From positions 38,189-102,188 of the forward strand of contig CAXKVF010000097.1 in NCBI GenBank assembly GCA_964057225.1: a DNA stretch of 64,000 nucleotides, written 5' to 3'. Below are positions 55,901 to 64,000 of this stretch, one piece after another. A model generated the notes under the pieces. It had not been told where the DNA came from, ran no database searches, and was given only the letters and a program-made list of their open reading frames with translations. Numbering within the stretch: the first letter of the stretch is position 1; the number at the start of each line of letters is the position of its first letter. The DNA comes from Auanema rhodensis. Its lineage: Eukaryota > Animalia > Nematoda. Made by a program: the position numbers and the translations under genes.

Positions 55901-57540
55901 ACGTAAATTTCAAAGTCATGGTTACCATGCACAAATATCAATAAAAATTTGTTTTTAGACTAATATGGACATGGGGAATCTAATTTTGAAAACCGCATCT
56001 CTTTATCTTTCACGTGAAGCGAGTTCCATACCAAGTGCACATCACGTGTACATTTAATTAGCATAAATTAAAGTTCACGTAACTTTCAAAGTCATGGTTA
56101 CCATGAACCAATATCAATAAAAATTTGTTTTTAGACTAATATGGACATGGGGAATCTAATTTTGAAAACCGCATCTCTTTATCTTTCACGTGAAGCGAGT
56201 TACATACCAAGTGCCCATCACGTGTACATTTAATTAGCATAAATTAAAGTTCACGTAAATTTCAAAGTCATGGTTACCATGCACCAATATCAATAAAAAT
56301 TTGTTTTTAGACTAATATGGACATGGGGAATCTAATTTTGAAAACCGCATCTCGTTATCTTTCACGTGAAGCGAGTTACATACCAAGTGCACATCACGTG
56401 TACATTTAATTAGCATAAATTAAAGTTCACGTAAATTTCAAAGTCATGGTTACCATGCACCAATATTAATAAAAATTTGTTTTTAGACTAATATGGACAT
56501 GGGGAATCTAATTTTGAAAACCGCATCTCTTTATCTTTCACGTGAAGCGAGTTACATACCAAGTGCACATCACGTGTACATTTAATTAGCATAAATTAAA
56601 GTTCACGTAAATTTCAAAGTCATGGTTACCATGCACCAATGTCAATAAAAATTTGTTTTTAGACTAATATGGACATGGGGAATCTAATTTTGAAAACCGC
56701 ATCTCTTCATCTTTCACGTGAAGCGAGTTACATACCAAGTGCACATCACGTGTACATTTAATTAGCATAAATTAAAGTTCACGTAAATTTCAAAGTCATG
56801 GTTACCATGCACCAATATCAATAAAAATTTGTTTTTAGACTAATATGGACATGGGGAATCTAATTTTGAAAACCGCATCTCTTCATCTTTCACGTGAAGC
56901 GAGTTACATACCAAGTGCACATCACGTGTACATTTAATTAGCATAAATTAAAGTTCACGTAAATTTCAAAGTCATGGTTACCATGCACCAATATCAATAA
57001 AAATTTGTTTTTAGACTAATATGGACATGGGGAATCTAATTTTGAAAACCGCATCTCTTTATCTTTCACGTGAAGCGAGTTACATACCAAGTGCACATCA
57101 CGTGTACATTTAATTAGCATAAATTAAAGTTCACGTAAATTTCAAAGTCATGGTTACCATGCACCAATGTCAATAAAAATTTGTTTTTAGACTAATATGG
57201 ACATGGGGAATCTAATTTTGAAAACCGCATCTCTTTATCTTTCACGTGAAGCGAGTTACATACCAAGTGCACATCACGTGTACATTTAATTAGCATAAAT
57301 TAAAGTTCACGTAACTTTCAAAGTCATGGTTACCATGAACCAATATCAATAAAAATTTGTTTTTAGACTAATATGGACATGGGGAATCTAATTTTGAAAA
57401 CCGCATCTCTTTATCTTTCACGTGAAGCGAGTTACATACCAAGTGCCCATCACGTGTACATTTAATTAGCATAAATTAAAGTTCACGTAAATTTCAAAGT
57501 CATGGTTACCATGCACCAATATCAATAAAAATTTGTTTTT
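52965..57540. repeat. 13-monomer (2288-bp) duplication
   Basis: Private A70C at 53738/56026. C153A, A83C, T46G+C159T and A157G monomers occur in the same order 2288 bp apart. Confidence 0.88.
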
Positions 57541-58420
57541 AGACTAATATGGACATGGGGAATCTAATTTTGAAAACCGCATCTCGTTATCTTTCACGTG
57601 AAGCGAGTTACATACCAAGTGCACATCACGTGTACATTTAATTAGCATAAATTAAAGTTCACGTAAATTTCAAAGTCATGGTTACCATGCACCAATATTA
57701 ATAAAAATTTGTTTTTAGACTAATATGGACATGGGGAATCTAATTTTGAAAACCGCATCTCTTTATCTTTCACGTGAAGCGAGTTACATACCAAGTGCAC
57801 ATCACGTGTACATTTAATTAGCATAAATTAAAGTTCACGTAAATTTCAAAGTCATGGTTACCATGCACCAATGTCAATAAAAATTTGTTTTTAGACTAAT
57901 ATGGACATGGGGAATCTAATTTTGAAAACCGCATCTCTTCATCTTTCACGTGAAGCGAGTTACATACCAAGTGCACATCACGTGTACATTTAATTAGCAT
58001 AAATTAAAGTTCACGTAAATTTCAAAGTCATGGTTACCATGCACCAATATCAATAAAAATTTGTTTTTAGACTAATATGGACATGGGGAATCTAATTTTG
58101 AAAACCGCATCTCTTCATCTTTCACGTGAAGCGAGTTACATACCAAGTGCACATCACGTGTACATTTAATTAGCATAAATTAAAGTTCACGTAAATTTCA
58201 AAGTCATGGTTACCATGCACCAATATCAATAAAAATTTGTTTTTAGACTAATATGGACATGGGGAATCTAATTTTGAAAACCGCATCTCTTTATCTTTCA
58301 CGTGAAGCGAGTTACATACCAAGTGCACATCACGTGTACATTTAATTAGCATAAATTAAAGTTCACGTAAATTTCAAAGTCATGGTTACCATGCACCAAT
58401 GTCAATAAAAATTTGTTTTT
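56133..58420. repeat. 7-monomer-period (1232-bp) duplication
   Basis: The run A83C, T46G+C159T, A157G, T48C, T48C, A157G starts at 56133 and again at 57365. Confidence 0.8.
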
Positions 58421-61400
58421 AGACTAATATGGACATGGGGAATCTAATTTTGAAAACCGCATCTCTTCATCTTTCACGTGAAGCGAGTTACATACCAAGT
58501 GCACATCACGTGTACATTTAATTAGCATAAATTAAAGTTCACGTAAATTTCAAAGTCATGGTTACCATGCACCAATATCAATAAAAATTTGTTTGTAGAC
58601 TAATATGGACATGGGGAATCTAATTTTGAAAACCGCATCTCTTCATCTTTCACGTGAAGCGAGTTACATACCAAGTGCACATCACGTGTACATTTAATTA
58701 GCATAAATTAAAGTTCACGTAAATTTCAAAGTCATGGTTACCATGCACAAATATCAATAAAAATTTGTTTTTAGACTAATATGGACATGGGGAATCTAAT
58801 TTTGAAAACCGCATCTCTTTATCTTTCACGTGAAGCGAGTTACATACCAAGTGCACATCACGTGTACATTTAATTAGCATAAATTAAAGTTCACGTAACT
58901 TTCAAAGTCATGGTTACCATGCACCAATATCAATAAAAATTTGTTTTTAGACTAATATGGACATGGGGAATCTAATTTTGAAAACCGCATCTCTTTATCT
59001 TTCACGTGAAGCGAGTTACATACCAAGTGCACATCACGTGTACATTTAATTAGCATAAATTAAAGTTCACGTAAATTTCAAAGTCATGGTTACCATGCAC
59101 CAATATCAATAAAAATTTGTTTTTAGACTAATATGGACATGGGGAATCTAATTTTGAAAACCGCATCTCTTTATCTTTCACGTGAAGCGAGTTACATACC
59201 AAGTGCACATCACGTGTACATTTAATTATCATAAATTAAAGTTCACGTAAATTTCAAAGTCATGGTTACCATGAACCAATATCAATAAAAATTTGTTTTT
59301 AGACTAATATGGACATGGGGAATCTAATTTTGAAAACCGCATCTCTTTATCTTTCACGTGAAGCGAGTTACATACCAAGTGCACATCACGTGTACATTTA
59401 ATTAGCATAAATTAAAGTTCACGTAAATTTCAAAGTCATGGTTACCATGCACCAATATCAATAAAAATTTGTTTTTAAACTAATATGGACATGGGGAATC
59501 TAATTTTGAAAACCGCATCTCTTTATCTTTCACGTGAAGCGAGTTACATACCAAGTGCACATCACGTGTACATTTAATTAGCATAAATTAAAGTTCACGT
59601 AAATTTCAAAGTCATGGTTACCATGCACCAATATCAATAAAAATTTGTTTTTAGACTAATATGGACATGGGGAATCTAATTTTGAAAACCGCATCTCTTT
59701 ATCTTTCACGTGAAGCGAGTTACATACCAAGTGCACATCACGTGTACATTTAATTAGCATAAATTAAAGTTCACGTAAATTTCAAAGTCATGGTTACCAT
59801 GAACCAATATCAATAAAAATTTGTTTTTAGACTAATATGGACATGGGGAATCTAATTTTGAAAACCGCATCTCTTTATCTTTCACGTGAAGCGAGTTACA
59901 TACCAAGTGCACATCACGTGTACATTTAATTAGCATAAATTAAAGTTCACGTAAATTTCAAAGTCATGGTTACCATGAACCAATATCAATAAAAATTTGT
60001 TTTTAGACTAATATGGACATGGGGAATCTAATTTTGAAAACCGCATCTCTTTATCTTTCACGTGAAGCGAGTTACATACCAAGTGCACATCACGTGTACA
60101 TTTAATTAGCATAAATTAAAGTTCACGTAAATTTCAAAGTCATGGTTACCATGCACCAATGTCAATAAAAATTTGTTTTTAGACTAATATGGACATGGGG
60201 AATCTAATTTTGAAAACCGCATCTCTTCATCTTTCACGTGAAGCGAGTTACATACCAAGTGCACATCACGTGTACATTTAATTAGCATAAATTAAAGTTC
60301 ACGTAAATTTCAAAGTCATGGTTACCATGCACCAATATCAATAAAAATTTGTTTTTAGACTAATATGGACATGGGGAATCTAATTTTGAAAACCGCATCT
60401 CTTCATCTTTCACGTGAAGCGAGTTACATACCAAGTGCACATCACGTGTACATTTAATTAGCATAAATTAAAGTTCACGTAAATTTCAAAGTCATGGTTA
60501 CCATGCACAAATATCAATAAAAATTTGTTTTTAGACTAATATGGACATGGGGAATCTAATTTTGAAAACCGCATCTCTTTATCTTTCACGTGAAGCGAGT
60601 TACATACCAAGTGCACATCACGTGTACATTTAATTAGCATAAATTAAAGTTCACGTAAATTTCAAAGTCATGGTTACCATGCACCAATATCAATAAAAAT
60701 TTGTTTTTAGACTAATATGGACATGGGGAATCTAATTTTGAAAACCGCATCTCTTTATCTTTCACGTGAAGCGAGTTACATACCAAGTGCACATCACGTG
60801 TACATTTAATTAGCATAAATTAAAGTTCACGTAAATTTCAAAGTCATGGTTACCATGAACCAATATCAATGAAAATTTGTTTTTAGACTAATATGGACAT
60901 GGGGAATCTAATTTTGAAAACCGCATCTCTTTATCTTTCACGTGAAGCGAGTTACATACCAAGTGCACATCACGTGTACATTTAATTAGCATAAATTAAA
61001 GTTCACGTAAATTTCAAAGTCATGGTTACCATGCACCAATATCAATAAAAATTTGTTTTTAAACTAATATGGACATGGGGAATCTAATTTTGAAAACCGC
61101 ATCTCTTTATCTTTCACGTGAAGCGAGTTACATACCAAGTGCACATCACGTGTACATTTAATTAGCATAAATTAAAGTTCACGTAAATTTCAAAGTCATG
61201 GTTACCATGCACCAATATCAATAAAAATTTGTTTTTAGACTAATATGGACATGGGGAATCTAATTTTGAAAACCGCATCTCTTTATCTTTCACGTGAAGC
61301 GAGTTACATACCAAGTGCACATCACGTGTACATTTAATTAGCATAAATTAAAGTTCACGTAAATTTCAAAGTCATGGTTACCATGAACCAATATCAATAA

Positions 61401-64000
61401 AAATTTGTTTTTAGACTAATATGGACATGGGGAATCTAATTTTGAAAACCGCATCTCGTTATCTTTCACGTGAAGCGAGTTACATACCAAGTGCACATCA
61501 CGTGTACATTTAATTAGCATAAATTAAAGTTCACGTAAATTTCAAAGTCATGGTTACCATGAACCAATATCAATAAAAATTTGTTTTTAGACTAATATGG
61601 ACATGGGGAATCTAATTTTGAAAACCGCATCTCTTTATCTTTCACGTGAAGCGAGTTACATACCAAGTGCCCATCACGTGTACATTTAATTAGCATAAAT
61701 TAAAGTTCACGTAAATTTCAAAGTCATGGTTACCATGCACCAATATTAATAAAAATTTGTTTTTAGACTAATATGGACATGGGGAATCTAATTTTGAAAA
61801 CCGCATCTCTTTATCTTTCACGTGAAGCGAGTTACATACCAAGTGCACATCACGTGTACATTTAATTAGCATAAATTAAAGTTCACGTAAATTTCAAAGT
61901 CATGGTTACCATGCACCAATGTCAATAAAAATTTGTTTTTAGACTAATATGGACATGGGGAATCTAATTTTGAAAACCGCATCTCTTCATCTTTCACGTG
62001 AAGCGAGTTACATACCAAGTGCACATCACGTGTACATTTAATTAGCATAAATTAAAGTTCACGTAAATTTCAAAGTCATGGTTACCATGCACCAATATCA
62101 ATAAAAATTTGTTTTTAGACTAATATGGACATGGGGAATCTAATTTTGAAAACCGCATCTCTTCATCTTTCACGTGAAGCGAGTTACATACCAAGTGCAC
62201 ATCACGTGTACATTTAATTAGCATAAATTAAAGTTCACGTAAATTTCAAAGTCATGGTTACCATGCACCAATATCAATAAAAATTTGTTTTTAGACTAAT
62301 ATGGACATGGGGAATCTAATTTTGAAAACCGCATCTCTTTATCTTTCACGTGAAGCGAGTTACATACCAAGTGCACATCACGTGTACATTTAATTAGCAT
62401 AAATTAAAGTTCACGTAAATTTCAAAGTCATGGTTACCATGAACCAATATCAATAAAAATTTGTTTTTAGACTAATATGGACATGGGGAATCTAATTTTG
62501 AAAACCGCATCTCTTTATCTTTCACGTGAAGCGAGTTACATACCAAGTGCCCATCACGTGTACATTTAATTAGCATAAATTAAAGTTCACGTAAATTTCA
62601 AAGTCATGGTTACCATGCACCAATATCAATAAAAATTTGTTTTTAGACTAATATGGACATGGGGAATCTAATTTTGAAAACCGCATCTCTTTATCTTTCA
62701 CGTGAAGCGAGTTACATACCAAGTGCACATCACGTGTACATTTAATTAGCATAAATTAAAGTTCACGTAAATTTCAAAGTCATGGTTACCATGCACCAAT
62801 GTCAATAAAAATTTGTTTTTAGACTAATATGGACATGGGGAATCTAATTTTGAAAACCGCATCTCTTTATCTTTCACGTGAAGCGAGTTACATACCAAGT
62901 GCCCATCACGTGTACATTTAATTAGCATAAATTAAAGTTCACGTAAATTTCAAAGTCATGGTTACCATGCACCAATATCAATAAAAATTTGTTTTTAGAC
63001 TAATATGGACATGGGGAATCTAATTTTGAAAACCGCATCTCCTTATCTTTCACGTGAAGCGAGTTACATACCAAGTGCACATCACGTGTACATTTAATTA
63101 GCATAAATTAAAGTTCACGTAAATTTCAAAGTCATGGTTACCATGCACCAATATCAATAAAAATTTGTTTTTAGACTAATATGGACATGGGGAATCTAAT
63201 TTTGAAAACCGCATCTCTTCATCTTTCACGTGAAGCGAGTTACATACCAAGTGCACATCACGTGTACATTTAATTAGCATAAATTAAAGTTCACGTAAAT
63301 TTCAAAGTCATGGTTACCATGCACCAATATCAATAAAAATTTGTTTTTAGACTAATATGGACATGGGGAATCTAATTTTGAAAACCGCATCTCTTTATCT
63401 TTCACGTGAAGCGAGTTACATACCAAGTGCACATCACGTGTACATTTAATTAGCATAAATTAAAGTTCACGTAATTTTCAAAGTCATGGTTACCATGCAC
63501 CAATGTCAATAAAAATTTGTTTTTAGACTAATATGGACATGGGGAATCTAATTTTGAAAACCGCATCTCTTCATCTTTCACGTGAAGCGAGTTACATACC
63601 AAGTGCACATCACGTGTACATTTAATTAGCATAAATTAAAGTTCACGTAAATTTCAAAGTCATGGTTACCATGCACCAATATCAATAAAAATTTGTTTTT
63701 AGACTAATATGGACATGGGGAATCTAATTTTGAAAACCGCATCTCTTCATCTTTCACGTGAAGCGAGTTACATACCAAGTGCACATCACGTGTACATTTA
63801 ATTAGCATAAATTAAAGTTCACGTAAATTTCAAAGTCATGGTTACCATGCACCAATATCAATAAAAATTTGTTTTTAGACTAATATGGACATGGGGAATC
63901 TAATTTTGAAAACCGCATCTCTTTATCTTTCACGTGAAGCGAGTTACAAACCAAGTGCACATCACGTGTACATTTAATTAGCATAAATTAAAGTTCACGT

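Larger units (their letters stand above)
1..64000. repeat. Tandem satellite DNA array, 176-bp monomer, ~363.7 copies, candidate centromeric/pericentromeric satellite
   Basis: AGACTAATATGGACATGGGG recurs at 1, 177, 353, 529, 705, 881 and so on. The last copy starts at 63877 = 1+363x176-12, matching twelve 175-bp monomers. Same orientation throughout with no insertions. Consensus has 56/176 G+C. The centromeric role is inference from monomer length and homogeneity only. Confidence 0.99.

Noticed and set aside
1-64000. Protein-coding repeat ORF
   Set aside because: Every monomer has stops in all three + frames (TAA at 5, 25, 99) and all three - frames (TTA at 98, 102, 112), so no long ORF is possible.
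1-64000. CRISPR array or other repeat-spacer system
   Set aside because: Palindromic segments are separated by invariant sequence, not unique spacers, and there is no leader or cas gene.
1-64000. A single fixed-period higher-order repeat across the window
   Set aside because: Marker spacings vary (2, 7, 8, 11, 13, 14, 23, 45/52, 58 monomers) and each period is local, mostly two copies.

Overview
The whole 64,000-bp window is one uninterrupted, head-to-tail, single-orientation array of an AT-rich (~32% GC) 176-bp satellite: 363 complete monomers plus a 124-bp partial copy. I see no genes, RNA genes, transposons, CRISPR spacers or unique sequence. Consensus, numbered from the phase at base 1: AGACTAATATGGACATGGGGAATCTAATTTTGAAAACCGCATCTCTTTATCTTTCACGTGAAGCGAGTTACATACCAAGTGCACATCACGTGTACATTTAATTAGCATAAATTAAAGTTCACGTAAATTTCAAAGTCATGGTTACCATG(A/C)A(C/G)CAATATCAATAAAAATTTGTTTTT. 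Monomers differ from this by only about 0-5 bases, and 12 monomers are 175 bp. Monomer length, homogeneity and dyad richness suggest a eukaryotic (peri)centromeric satellite, but I cannot assign it to a known family or organism. The informative signal lies in the rare variants. They define three sequence domains (~1-10.7 kb, ~10.7-48.9 kb, ~52.8-64 kb) and a nested set of in-register block duplications of 2, 7, 8, 11, 13, 14, 23 and 45 monomers, some with a readable order of events and mappable breakpoints. The monomer carries three TCACGT motifs 32-33 bp apart, a CENP-B-box-like 17-mer and several inverted repeats. All variant calls were read by eye and should be confirmed computationally.
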